From: Squalus acanthias
Lineage: Eukaryota
NCBI GenBank assembly: GCA_030390025.1
Contig: CM059449.1
Location: forward strand, 13,454,001 to 13,518,000
Length of the DNA: 64,000 nucleotides
Reading direction: 5' to 3'
Made by a program: the position numbers and the translations under genes. This document shows positions 11,836-24,042 of this stretch, in pieces (position 1 is the first letter of the stretch; every line of letters starts with the position of its first letter). The notes under the pieces are model-generated. The model made no database searches. It saw nothing but the letters and a program-made list of their open reading frames with translations, and was not told the origin of the DNA.

Positions 11836-12548
11836 CTGGATGTCCTTTCACACCAGTCACTGAAAGCAAACATGCAGGTGCAGCAAGCAGTTAGGGAGGC
11901 AAATGGTATGTTGGCCTTCATTGCAGGAGGATTTGAGTACAGGAGCAAGGATGCCTTACTGCAGTTATACAGGGCCTTGGTGAGACCACACCTGGAGTAC
12001 TGTGTGCAGTTTTGGTCTCCTTACCTAAGAAAGGATATACTTGCCATAGAAGGAGTGCAGCGAAGGTTCACCAGACTGATTCCTGGGATGGCAGGACTGT
12101 CGTATGAGGAGAGATTGGGTCGACTTGGCCTGTATTCACTAGAGTTTAGAAGAATGAGAGGGGATCTCATTGAAACGTATAAAATTCTGACAGGGCTAGA
12201 CAGACTGGATGCAGGGAGGATGTTTCCCCTGGCTGGGGGGTCTAGAACGAGAGGTCACAGTCTCAGGGGTAGGACATTTAGGACTGAGATGAGGAGAAAT
12301 TTCTTCACTCAGAGGGTGGTGAATCTGTGGAATTCTCTACCACAGAAGGCTGTGGAGGCCAATCACTGGATATATTTAAGAAGGAGATAGATAGATTTCT
12401 GGACACAAAAGGCATCAAGGGGTATGGGGAGAGAGCGGGAATATGGTATTGAGATAGAGGATCAGCCATGATCATATTGAATGGCGGAGCAGGCTCGAAG
12501 GGCCGAATGGCCGACTCCTGCTCCTATTTTTCCATGTTTCTATGATTC
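11836..12548 (+). mobile_element. CR1 LINE 3' fragment flanked by a 50-bp duplication
   Basis: ORF 11872-12390 ([13 protein letters not shown]..); flanks 11786-11835 and 12549-12598 are near-identical. Confidence 0.9.
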
Positions 12549-13066
12549 TATTTATAGTATAGACACTTGGAAAGCTCAGATGACGTGCAGCCTAGCACAA
12601 AATGGACAATCAGTCAGAAAAAAGCACAGCGTTCGACTTTCAATAATGCGATTAAAAAATGTGCACAGATAATTACCGTATGTTTCATCTCTTCTCGATA
12701 GTTTAACCGTATGTGACCTACAAGATAAGAGCAAGTTAAATGCAATTATATACTGCACATTGCTAACTTCTAAATGTTAATTGATACATAACTAATGATG
12801 TATTATTCTGTTACATACCATTTAAACCTTGTGATCACTAAATTAAAAGGAAAGATCGTAAGATTAGAAAACTTTACAAATACTTTTTTTTAGTTTCTTG
12901 GCGTTTAACAGAGTAAATAACAGCTATATTGATCGTTACATAAACACAGATGTAACTAAATGGCATCATTTTCATAATCATGGCCATGTTTGCCACAAAT
13001 CTGTAATCACAGATATGCCTCACAACGAACAGAAACACCGCAGTCACATCTGCATAAAAACCTTAC

Positions 13067-13207
13067 CTTTGCTTTGATGGTAGAGCCGACAGAGCAGGAC
13101 CAGGATCACAACGGTGAACAACCCCAGCGCTCCCAGCAATCCCAGCGTCAGTGGAAGTGCTCGACCGTCGGTTGAAACGCTCGGTGGGGGACAAACAGTT
13201 GCCTTCT
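13067..13207 (-). CDS. Receptor B exon 3, Cys-containing stalk plus uncharged transmembrane helix
   Basis: Acceptor ttgtcttgtcccag|, donor AAG|gtaagg, phase 1-1. (K)KATVCPPPSVSTDGRALPLTLGLLGALGLFTVVILVLLCRLYHQSK. Confidence 0.88.
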
Positions 13208-13777
13208 CTGGGACAAGACAACAAAGATGGCTTATTTCACAACTCACTGTTTAGTCATTCATCTTCTAATCTGAAACATCTACAGAAACCGCAATGGGGA
13301 ACGTGCATTTTTATGGCAACTGTAGCTTAGAGGTTATGTTACTGGACCAGTCAATCCTAACAAGCCTGGACAGATGGTCCAGCTCAAGGCATGAGTTCGA
13401 ATCCCACCACGGCAGCTTAAATTCAGTTAATTAAATAAATCTGAAATAAACAAAAGTTAGTATTATAGAGTCATAACGGCACAGAAGGAGGCCATTCGGC
13501 CCATCGAGTCTGTGCCGGCTCTCTGTAGAGCAATCCAGTCAGTCCCACTCTCCCGCTCTATCCCCGTAGCCCTGCAAGTTTATTTCCCTCAAGTGCCTAT
13601 CCAGTCTCCCCTTGAAGACATTGAGTGTGTCCGCTTCCACCACTTGTGTCGGCAGAGAGTTCAAGGTCCTCACCACTTGCTGCGTAAAAAAGTTTTACCG
13701 CACAGCCCCCCTGTATCTCTTGCCCAAAATCTTAAATCTGTGTTCCCTAGTCAAATATGATCTGCCTTTTACAAATC

Positions 13778-14473
13778 CGATACGTTGCAGGAAAGGATGC
13801 CCCAGAGCATGGTACATCGGCGAGACCATGCAGACACTGAGACAACGTATGAATGGATACCGCACAACAATCGCCAGGCAGGATGGTTGCCTCCCAGTCG
13901 GGGAACACTTCAGCAGTCAAGGGCATTCAGCCTTGGATCTGCGGGTTAGCGTTCTCCAAGGCGGCCTTCGAGACACACGACAACGCAAAATCATCGAGCA
14001 GAAACTGATAGCCAAGTGTCCGCACTCATGAGGACGGCCTCAATAGGGATATCGGGTTCATGTCACGCTACAGAACGTGACTTGACATCGTTGTCTGTCT
14101 TTCCAGTTTTTAAAAAACCAACACGAAAAAACAAACCCAAAAAACAAACCCAAAAAGGACGGGGAGAGAGGAAGGGATATGGAGAGGATATGCAGACAGC
14201 AGGATTTGACACGTTGGACCCCCTGGGACACATCTCATTGTCTTTGCTGTGCTCTTGGTGTGTCTTTGATGTAAGGAAAGATTGTATCTCTGCATTTTCT
14301 GTGTTTATATTCTGTGAACTTTTGTAGATTGACTCATTGTAACTTTACCTGAAGAAGGGGCGATCGATAGCTCCGAAAGCTTGTAATTTTAAATAAATCT
14401 GTTGGACTATAACCTGGTGTTGTGCGACTTCTCATTTTTGTCCACCCCAGTCCAATGCCGGCATCTCTGCATC
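13778..14473 (+). mobile_element. Penelope-like element 3' end: GIY-YIG endonuclease remnant plus pseudo-LTR with hammerhead
   Basis: IRCRKGCPRAWYIGETMQTLRQRMNGYR..VGEHF..RKIIEQKLI is the PLE GIY-YIG signature; CTGAAGA..GAAAGCTT at 14349-14382. Confidence 0.85.
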
Positions 14474-16235
14474 ATTTTACAAATCCATGTTGGCTCTCCT
14501 TAATTAGCTTAAACCTCTCCAAGTGCCCATTAATTTTTTCCTTGATTATTGTTTCTAAAACTTTACCCACCACTGATGTTAAACTGACTGGTCTGTAGTT
14601 ACTAGGATTGTCCTTACACCCTTTCTTGTACAATGGTGTCACATTTGCCACTTTCCAATCCTCAGGCACCACCCCCGCATCTAGGGAAGATTGGAAAATT
14701 ATGGCAAGCCCTTCTGCTATCTCCTCCCCCAATTCCCTTAGCAACCTGGGATGCAAGCCATCTGGACCAGGCGACTTATCCACTCCAATCATACCCAGCC
14801 TTTCTAGTACATCCTGTCTATCAATTTTCACCCTTCCATTGCTTCTACCTTTTCCACTTCTACTGACATTTTGTCAGCATCCACCTCCTTAGTAAACACC
14901 GATACAAAGTACTCATTGAGTATTCTAGCCTTGCCCTGCGCCTCTAAGCATATATCACCTTCTTTGTCCCTAATAGGCCCCACCCCGCCTCTTACTACCT
15001 GCTTACTGTTTACATGCCGGTAGAAGATTTTTGGGCTCCCTTTTATGTTAGCTGCCATTCTACTCTCATATTCTCTCTTTGCCAATCTTATTTTCAAATG
15101 TGAGAAGTCGCACAACACCAGGTTATAGTCCAACAGGTTTATTTGAAATCACAAGCTTTCGGAGCGCTGCTCCTTCATCAGGTGAAGTCACCTGACGAAG
15201 GAGCAGCGCTCCGAAAGCTTGAGATTTCAAATAAACCTGTTGGACTATAACCTGGTGTTGTGCGACTTGTCACATTTGTCCACCCCAGTCCAACACCGGC
15301 ATCTCCACATCAATCTTATTTTCATCTTCGCTTCCCCTCTCAACTTATTGTATTTGGTCTGGTTCTCCCTTGAAGAATTCACCTGACATGCATCATACAC
15401 CCTCTTTTTTTGTTTCATCATCTTCTCTATCTCCCTCGTTATCCAAGGAGCCCTTGCTTTGGTTCTCTTACCCTTCCCTCTTGTTGGAATGTACCTAGCC
15501 TGTACTTGGAACATCTCCTCCTTAAAGATCACCCACTTTTCTGTTACAGTTTTTCCTGTCAGTCTTTGGTCCATTTCACCCTGGCTACATCCTTTCGCAT
15601 CCCATTGAAGTTAGCCCTATTCCAGTTTAGAAGTTCCACTCTCGATTGTTCCTTGCTCCTCTCCATTGCTAATATAAATCTTATGATACGATGATCACTC
15701 GTACCCAAGTGTTCTCCCACAGACACTTGGTCGACCTGGCCCACCTCATTCCCCAGCACCAGATCGAGCAATGCCTCCTTCCTAGTTGGGCCAAGAACAT
15801 ATTGGTCAAGGAAATTCTCCTGAACACATTTCAGAAATTCCTCCCCCTCCTTTCTCTTTAGCCTAGCATTATCCCAATCAATATTTGGGTAATTAAAGTC
15901 CCCCAATATCACCACTCTATAGCTCTTGCATATCTCTGCGATTTCCCTGCAGATTGCTCCTTCTCACTATTTGGAGGCCCATAGAATACCCCCAATAGCG
16001 TGATCATACCCTTTTTGATCCTCAACTCTAACCAAATGGATTCTGTCCTTGTTCCCTCAAGAACATCCTCCCTTTCCAACACTACAATGCCTTCCTTAAT
16101 CCTTAATCAGCACTGCCACCCCACCTCCCTTTTTTCCTTCCACATCTTTTCTGAACACCTTGTACCCTTGAATATTAAGTGCCCAGTCCTCACTGTTTTT
16201 AAGCCACGTTTCCGTTATTGCCACAACATCATATC
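14474..16235 (-). mobile_element. CR1 LINE fragment (endonuclease to RT start), interrupted by a Penelope palindrome
   Basis: ILGDFNYPNIDW..LDLVL..SDH and KSPGPDGLHPR..NYRPVSLTS..QHGFVK. Confidence 0.88.
15097..15310. mobile_element. Penelope-derived palindromic insertion with hammerhead motifs on both strands
   Basis: About 85-bp inverted arms around gaagt; 14-bp TSD caatcttattttca (15083-15096 / 15311-15324). Confidence 0.82.
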
Positions 16236-17363
16236 AGTTCAACAATGGTGACCATGAAACTACCAGATTGTTGTAGTGAAACCCATCTGGTTCACTAATG
16301 TCCTTTAAGGAAGGAAATCTGCCACCCTTACCCGATCTGGCCTATATGTGAATCCAGACCCACAGCAATGTGGTCGATTCTTAACTGCCCTCTGAAATAG
16401 CCGAGCAAGCCACTCAGTCGTACCAAACCACTATGATGGACTGCAGCGGTTCAAGAAGGCTGCTCACCACCACCTTCTCAAGGGCGATTCGGGATGGTCA
16501 ATAAATGCCGGCCTTGCCAGCGGCGCCCATATCACATGAATGAATATTTATAAATATATATATATAGCAGTGTTTCCTATAAAGTCAAGTTATTTAAATC
16601 ATTCTTGGTGTGATTCGCACAATACACTATAAAACATTGCAGGGGCTGTAAACTCAATAAAACCATTAAACACTCCCGAGGAATTAACTTAATGAAACTA
16701 AGTGTTCCTGTATCATTCACCCAATGCAAATATTTCAGGTTTAGTAACTCACAGGAGTGTAGAATCGGACCGAGTTGTAAAACCAGTGTTGCGCCCGATC
16801 CCGTCAGTTGCCCGATGGATGGGTTAGGTTAATATTGCCTCCCCCCCACCCCCCCAATTAAACTATTTGATTTCCCTTGGGCCAAAACGATATGGAACTA
16901 TTACACGCTAAATTGGATTTAGCACAATGAAGGTGTCAGACATTCCTGGGAGCATTAACCCAGTAAAGCTACTAGACTTTCTCCCGGCCATTAAGTCAGA
17001 CCATTAACTCAGTTAGACCAACTCTGGGCCATGACCATTACGGAAATTAAACTATAGAGTTACAAATGCGGATTGGAATGGACACGGAATTAATTTCTGG
17101 TTACTATCAGATTCAGCAGTAAAGCCAAGGCATCAGAATAGATGTAACTTGTGCAATATCTATTTTTTGTGGGGGCAGATATTACACCTTCTGTTCCCAC
17201 CATTTGTCTCCCTTGTAGCCCAATGAGAAAACGGCTCAACACGGCTCCAACTGCTCAATTTCCCCCTCCTCCCCCCCCACCCCTTTTACACAGTGGGGAA
17301 GCAGCAAGTCTCTGCTGAAGGTGGAGATCGGGAACCCGGGGCAGGGGTGGGGGTGGGGAAGGA

Positions 17364-17835
17364 GTGTCAGCTGTGGCTCAGTGGGTAGCACACTCACCTC
17401 AGAGTCAGAAGGTTGTGGGTTCAAATCCCACTCCAGAGACTTGAGCACATAAAGCTAGGCTGACACTCTCAGTGCCAGTGCTGAGAGAGCGCTGCACTGT
17501 CGGAGGTGCCGTCTTTCAGATGAGAACTTAAACCGAGGCCCCGTCTGCTCTCTCAGGTGGACGTAAAAGATCCCGTGGCATTATTTTGAAGAAGAGCAGG
17601 GGAGTTATCCCCGGTGTACTGGCCCATTATTTACCCCACAACCAACATAACAAAAAACAGATTATCTGGTCGCTATCATATTGCTGTTTGTGGGAGCTTG
17701 CTGTGCACAAATTGGCTGTCGTGTTTCCCACATTACAACAGTGGCTCCACTTCAAAAATACTTAATTGGCTGTAAAGAACTTTGAGACGTCCGGTGGTCG
17801 TGAAAGGCGCTATATAAATGCAAGACTTTCTTTCT
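17364..17835 (+). mobile_element. Deu-domain tRNA-SINE (SacSINE1-like), full length
   Basis: gtgtcagctgtggctcagtgggtagc (A box)..ggttcaaatccc (B box)..ggcgctatataaatgcaag tail. Confidence 0.82.
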
Positions 17836-17879
17836 TTCACTGTTTAGGCTGGTGCTTCACCGCATTACAGCACCACGCC

Positions 17880-18395
17880 AACAACAACAACTTGCATTTA
17901 TATAGCACCTTTAACATCGTAAAACGTTCCCAAGGCGCTTCACCTGAGCGATTATCAAACAAAATTGACACTGAGCCCAAGAAGGAGATACTAGGACAAG
18001 TGACCCAAAAGCTTGGTCAAAGAAGTGGGTTTTAAGGAGTATCTTTAAGGAAGAGAGATTGTGGTGGAGAGGCGGAGAGGTTCAGGGAGGGAATTCCAGA
18101 GCTTTAGGGCCTAGACCGCTGAAGGCACGGCCGCCACCGGTGGGGTGAAAGAAATCGGGGATGTGCAAGAGGCCAGAATTGGAGAAACAGAGTTCTCGGA
18201 AGGTTGTAGGGATGGAAGAGGCAATAGAGATAGATTGGGGCAAGGCCATGGAGAAATTTGACAGCAGGATGAGAATTTTAAAATCGAGGCATTTTCTCCA
18301 CTTAGAGCCAATGTAGGTCAGCGAGCACAGGGGGTGATGGGTGAACGGGACTTGGTGCGAGTTGAGATAAGGGTAGCAGAATTTTGGAGGAGCTT
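17880..18395 (-). mobile_element. L2-clade LINE 3' fragment
   Basis: Reverse complement of the 1333-1795 family with (caa)n tail. Confidence 0.68.
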
Positions 18396-18651
18396 AGATA
18401 CGCTCAATCTAATTCAAGTTGGATATGTGCCACTTTCGGGAATTTAATTATCGACCAGTCAGATATCATTACAATTTGATTTACTTTTCTTCTTGAAAGA
18501 CCAAAGACCTGGTGTGCTTTAAAAGTGATATTGACACACGGACACAATTCACAAAACCGAACTGTAATCTCTTAGCACAGCACATGTACAGCCATACCAA
18601 TGCCAAAATATTGGTAAATTCTTGCAATGAATTCCGATCTTTTCTACTCAC

Positions 18652-18990
18652 TGTCAGTTATTATAAGTTGTGTTCCTGTCCCGTTTCCTTTCCCAACGTT
18701 CACAATTTCCACCTCGCAGTAGTAAAAATCCGAGTCCATCTTCGCTAAAGTGTCGATTTCAAGGAAGGCCATTTTTTCTGCAAACAATTTCGACCCTGAC
18801 TTCGTTATCCGGCTCTGATAGAAAGGATTCCGATCCAACACTTCCATGTTTTGTGAGGCCCGCCTCCAAACAACTCGTCCGACAGTACTATTCGCTTCAA
18901 AAGTGCAGTTCAGCTGCACCGATCCTCCTTCTGTTACATTAATGGCATCTGGGGACTGGAACACTCTGATCTCACTCATCAACCCATTGT
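18652..18990 (-). CDS. Receptor B exon 2, VJ-type Ig V domain, NKp30/NCR3-like
   Basis: Acceptor atttatactctag|, donor A|gtgagt, phase 1-1, 339 nt. (D)NGLMSEIRVFQSPDAINVTEGGSVQLNCTF..VGRVVWRR..EVLDRNPFYQSRI..DSDFYYCEVEIVNVGKGNGTGTQLIITD. Has the canonical Cys/Trp/DxxxYxC and a J-like GxGT; resembles recalled NKp30 motifs IGSVTWFR / EVRNGTPEFRGRL / YVCRVEVLGLGVGTGNGTRLVV. Confidence 0.93.
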
Positions 18991-19157
18991 CTAGAGTATA
19001 AATGGAACAATGCAATCTGTCAATAGTGACCTACAGATTTACAGACCAGTACTTAGTTCTGTCTGCAAGGGTGAAGCTCCAATTAAAATGTCTTTTAATA
19101 TCACTGAATTATGCTCTGGGGTGTCCTTTTATTAGAATTACCTTCATTGTATTTCTT

Positions 19158-19877
19158 GCCATCAACATCCTGGGACCGGGGTGTGGGGGGGGGGGGTGGG
19201 GGCGGTGATGGGAGAGGGTCACCATTGACCAGAAACTCAACTGGACCAGCCACATAAATTCTGTGGTTACTGGAGCATGTCAGGGGCTGGGTATTCTGCG
19301 GCGAGGGGCTCACCTCCTGACTCCCCAAAGCCTCTCCACCGCCTACGAGGCACAAGTTAGGAGTGTGATGGAATGCTGTTCATTTTCCAAGACAGGTGCA
19401 GCTGCAACAACACAGATGATAGGGACACCACCCTGGACAAACCAGTTGGCTTGATTGGCACCCCATCCACCACCTTAAACATCCACTCCCTCCAGCACCG
19501 GCGCACCGTGGCTGCAGTGTGTACCATCTACAAGATGCACTGCAGCAACTCGCCAAGACTTCTTCGGCAGCATCTCCCAAACCCGCGACCTCTTCCACCT
19601 AGAAGGACAAGGGCAGCAGGCGTATGGGAACACACCCACCTCCAAGTTCCCCTCCAAGTCACACACCATCCTGACTTGGAAATATATCGCCAATACTTCA
19701 TCGTCACTGGGTCAAAATCCTGGAACTCCCTCCCTAACAGCACTGTGGGAGCACCATCACCACACGGACTGCAGCGGTTCAAGAAGGGGGCTCACCACCA
19801 CCTTCTCAAGGGCAATTAGGTATGGGCAATAAATGCTGGCCTTGCCAGCGACACCCAGATCCCAAGAATGAAAAAAT
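19158..19877 (+). mobile_element. Non-LTR retrotransposon 3' fragment (RTEX-like)
   Basis: ORF 19373-19819 is the same family as 8805; upstream YEAQVRSVME motif. Confidence 0.7.
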
Positions 19878-20084
19878 AGGATCTATATATCTGGGCATGA
19901 AGTAGCTCAACCTGTCAATTAAATTATGATAAATTAATCCCAGACAGATTGATGATTATGGGAAAGGATTTATTTCCCAAGGGGTACAGGTTAGAAGTTA
20001 ACAAGTTAGGTGTAAGAGGTGGTCAGGCAGAAACTATTCACCTAACGAGTAACAGATTCGTGGAAACCCATAGGAGTGGGCAGT

Positions 20085-20545
20085 AAAGAAAGACTTGCAT
20101 TTGTATAGCGCCTTTCATGACCACCGGACGTCTGAAAGCACTTTACAGCCAATGAAGTACTATTTGAAGTAGAGTCACTGTTGTAATGTGGCAGCCAATT
20201 TATGCACAGCAAGCTCCCACAAATGGCAATGTGATAATGACCAGATCATCTGTTTTTGTTATGTTGGTTGAGGGATAAATATTGGCCCAGGACACCGGGG
20301 AGAACTCCCCTGCTCTTCTTCGAAATAGTGCCATTGGATCTTTTACGTCCACCTGAGAGGGCAGATGGGGCCTCGGTTTTAACGTCTTATCCGAAAGACG
20401 GCACCTCCAACAGTGCAGCACTCCCTCAGCACTGCACTGGAGTGTCAGCCTAGCTTTATTGTGCTCAAGTCCCTGGAGTGGGACTATGAACCCACAACCT
20501 TCTGACTCAGAGGCAAGTGTGCTACCCACTGAGCTACAACTGACA
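20085..20545 (-). mobile_element. Deu-domain tRNA-SINE (SacSINE1-like)
   Basis: Full-length match to the other copies. Confidence 0.8.
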
Positions 20546-20716
20546 TTAAATACAAATGGATTCAAGAGACAACTGTTGTGGTTTTTGGAGAAGGAAGCGT
20601 TGATGTGTCAAAAAAGGATAGTTTTGGGGGAATAGTGATCACTTATTCTCCAAAATATCCATGCACTTAGGAAGAAATCAAACTAATCCAAAAACAGCAT
20701 TGAGCCATATGCCATT

Positions 20717-21027
20717 TCACAGAATCCCCACAGTGCAGATAGAGGCCATTTCAGCCCATCGAGCCTGCACTGACGCATATCCCACCCTATCGCCGTAACC
20801 CCACGGATTTAATCCCCCCCCCTAACACTAAGGGTCAATTTATCATAGCCAAATCAACCCAACCCGCACATCTTTGGACTGTGGGAGGAAACCGGAGCAC
20901 CCGGAGGAAACCCACGCAGACACGGGGAGAATGTGCAAACTCCACACAGTCACCCGAGGCCGGATTCGAACCCGGGTCCCTGGCGCTGTGAGGCAACAGT
21001 GCTAACCACTATGCCACCGTGCTGCCC
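20717..21027 (-). mobile_element. V-domain tRNA-SINE (HE1-like)
   Basis: tRNA head plus V core gtggagtttgcacattctccccgtgtctgcgtgggtttcctccgggtgctccggtttcctccca on the minus strand. Confidence 0.82.
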
Positions 21028-21383
21028 CAAGCCAGCTTTCATTAACAGTGGTGTCATTCCATGAGGTCTTTTCCCAGTTCCTGCAGGCAACTTTTGGAAA
21101 TTATAGTACAGAGTCGGACAGACCTGACTGAACAGCGGTCTATATTCGGGAACATTAGGTTGCATAACATTAGAGGAATTTGTCATTTTAACAGTTCTGC
21201 TTCATTTTCACAAAGTTGATTTTTTTTTTTGTAAAACTCTTCCTCATTTTTCAATTTTGCTATGACAACTGCTTCCCCGACCCTTTAAAAACAATCTTAT
21301 TGCTCCTCCGCTTAAAACCGGATTTCCACACCTTCTCCCTCCTCTCTGCATCAGCGCCGTTAATTATTATACTAACTTACTGA

Positions 21384-21512
21384 AATGAGAAGTCGCACAA
21401 CACCAGGTTATAGTCCAACAGTTTTATTTGAAATTACTGTTGGACTATAACTTGGTGTTGTGCGACTTCTCATTTTTGTCCACCCCAGTCCAACACCGGC
21501 ATCTCCGCCTCA
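21384..21512. mobile_element. Internally collapsed Penelope-derived palindrome (hammerhead part absent)
   Basis: tgagaagtcgcacaacaccaggttatagtccaacag and its inverse; TSD taacttactgaa. Confidence 0.75.
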
Positions 21513-22005
21513 TAACTTACTGAAGACTACCAAACAGTGAAACTCCTCGCTCTTCACTTGGTAGCATCTAACCACTGCTTCACCATTTACTCCTTTCTCT
21601 CTCCTGCTGGGGGGATATTTCACTTCTGTCATCTTTAATCTTTTAACTCGGAAATCCGTCCTTTCTATTTCGTCAAGTGTAAGTATGGAAACCTTGACTA
21701 AGTGTTGAATATGAATCGTTTACTAATGGAATAAGTTGTGTCTAATGCAAAGACTATGAATTATCGAGTAGAAGGTATAACATGTAAAATACTTGAATGG
21801 TCATCGACCTGAAACGTTGACTCTGTTTCTCTCTCTACAGATGCTGCCTGACCTGCTGAGTATTTCCAGCATTTTCTGTTTTTATTTCAGATTCCCAGCA
21901 TCTGCAGTGTTTCGCTTTTGTATTCATGCATCACATAGTCGCTTAGGAGTCCAGATGTTCATTTATTTGTAGGGTTAAATTTTAGAAGGGTCCCTTTAAT
22001 TAAAT

Positions 22006-22761
22006 TGGGCTGGATATTCCGATCCCTACGGGTGGGTACGCGCTGTGTACCCACCCGTAGGGACATCGGAAATGCCGGTTTCAGGCATGCACTGCGCATG
22101 CGCTGGAAACCAGCATTTCCGATCTGTCAGGAAAGCTCTTGACAGATCCTCCGGCTGTCCTGGAGAAGGGCCTCTGCGGGCGGATAGTTCCGCTTTTTGG
22201 AGACCCTCCGCCTGCAGAAAACACTTACAATTCTTGTGCCTGGTAAAAGCAGGCATAAGGCCTGCTTTTACCAGGATAAGAGTTGAAAAAAGTTTTTTAA
22301 AAAATTTCCACTTATTTATCATTTAAAAATACTTTAAAAAAAGGTAAGTTTATTTTTAGCCCCGTAAAAAACTTTAATTATTTTTTTGAAAAATTTAAAG
22401 TTTTGTTTAAAATAGTTAATTTATTGTACTTTCAAGTCATTTTAAAAATCTGATTTAAAAAAAAATTTATTTAATGTTTTACTATGTTTTGGGGGTGATC
22501 TCCATTCATATATTTGACAGGTCTTCCTGTCAAATGTATGAAGGGAGATTCCCTTCTTTGATTGGCTCCCCATGGCCCATGTGATCCCAGGGACGCTGCG
22601 AACTACCTGCGCCTCTGGGATACGTGGGCCCTGCGCTCTTGCAGTTTGGAGAGGCCCAGGAGCGGAATTGTGCACCTCCCGGGAGCCCTCAGGTAAGGGC
22701 ACAGATTTTTCAGATCACAGGCCTCCGCCCGCGGGAGGCCTGCGATCGGAATATCTGGGCC
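22006..22761. mobile_element. Harbinger-like MITE
   Basis: TIRs gggctggatattccgatc / gatcggaatatctgggcc. Confidence 0.7.
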
Positions 22762-22897
22762 AATAATCTTTAATGGAAGTTGAGGGCATTCGCTTGGAGG
22801 AGAACGTTTAATGTGTACAATATATAACCTGGAATGGTCTGCCTGAAAGGATGGCAGAAGTTGACTTAGAGGTCATTTTCTGAAGGGAATTGGATAA

Positions 22898-23663
22898 ATA
22901 GAAAAGCAGAGTATTTTTTAAATGGTGAGAGATTGGGAAATGTTGGTGTTCAGAGGGACCTGGGTGTCCTTGTACACGAATCACTGAAAGTTAACATGCA
23001 GGTACAGCAAGCAATAAGGAAAGCAAATGGTATGTTGGCCTTTATTACAAGAGGTTTTGAGTATAAGAGTAAAGATGTCTCACTGCAATTATATCGGGCC
23101 CTGGTGAGACCACACCTGGAGTATTGTGTACAGTTTTGGTCTCCTTACCTAAGGAAGGATATACTTGCCATAGAGGGAGTGCAATGAAGGTTCACCAGAC
23201 TGGTTCCTGGGATGGGGGGATTGTCCTATGAGAGAGATTGAGTAGACTAGGCCTATGTTCTCTAGAGTTTAGAAGAATGAGAGGTGATCTCATTGAAATA
23301 TACAACATTATTACAGGGCTTGACAGGGTAGATGCAGGGAGGATGTTTCCCCTGGCTGGGGAGTCTAGAACCAGGGGTCACAGTCTCAGAATAAGGGGTT
23401 GGCCATTTAGGACTGAGATGAGGAGAAATTTCTTCACTCAGAGGGTGGTGAATCTTTGGAATTCTCTACCCCAGAGAGCTGTGGAGGCTCAGTCGTTGAG
23501 TATATTCAAGACAGAGATGGATAGATTTTTGAATATTAAGGGGATCAAGGGATATGGGGATAGTGCGGGAAAGTGGAGATGAGGTAGAAGATCAGCCATC
23601 ACCTTTTTGAATGGCTCAAAGGGACAAATGGCCGGCTCCTGCTCCTATTTCTTATGTTCTTAA
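22898..23663 (+). mobile_element. CR1 LINE 3' fragment
   Basis: ORFs 22933-23187 and 23238-23582, CR1 RT C-terminus. Confidence 0.9.
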
Positions 23664-23984
23664 GTTCTAATTGAAAAGGAAAACATTTGCAGGACTGTGG
23701 GTAAAGAGTGTGGGAGTGGGTCTAATTGGATCGTCTCTTTCAAAGAGCCAGCACTGGAACAATGGGCCGAATGGCCTCCTTCGGTGCTGTCTGGTTCTAT
23801 CAAGTTGGCCTAAAGATAACTGGATTGAACGCAAGGTAACCCAGCACAGTAAAATAAAACAGGTTACTTCATTATGTATCAGTTCTGCAGAAGGCAACAG
23901 GCGGTCCAACCAAATACTGGTACACTCGTTAAAGCCTCAATACATCTAGAATTAAAAGGTGAACATAAGAAGACAGCGACTCAC

Positions 23985-24042
23985 CGACATGTAAAAGTAT
24001 TGTCACCAAATTCAAGAACATCCAGATGTGACTAGCTGGCAT
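23985..24042 (-). CDS. Receptor B (NKp30/NCR3-like single-IgV receptor) exon 1, signal peptide
   Basis: gtcaaaATG context; MPASHIWMFLNLVTILLHV+G then donor gtgagt; 58 nt, phase 1, matching the V-exon phase; same length as the receptor A leader. Confidence 0.8.

Noticed and set aside
18652-18990. Rearranging TCR/Ig V gene segment
   Set aside because: The J-like G strand is already in the exon and is followed directly by a splice donor; no heptamer/nonamer RSS or C1 exon was seen. The same holds for 54796-55140.
20940-21027. tRNA gene
   Set aside because: The tRNA-like sequence continues into a V-SINE core, so it is a SINE head; the same applies to the other A/B-box hits.
7852-24042. Assigning the symbol NCR3 or MPIG6B to receptor B
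   Set aside because: The ectodomain is NCR3-like but the TM and tail are not; the position is G6b-like but sequence orthology cannot be shown without a phylogeny.
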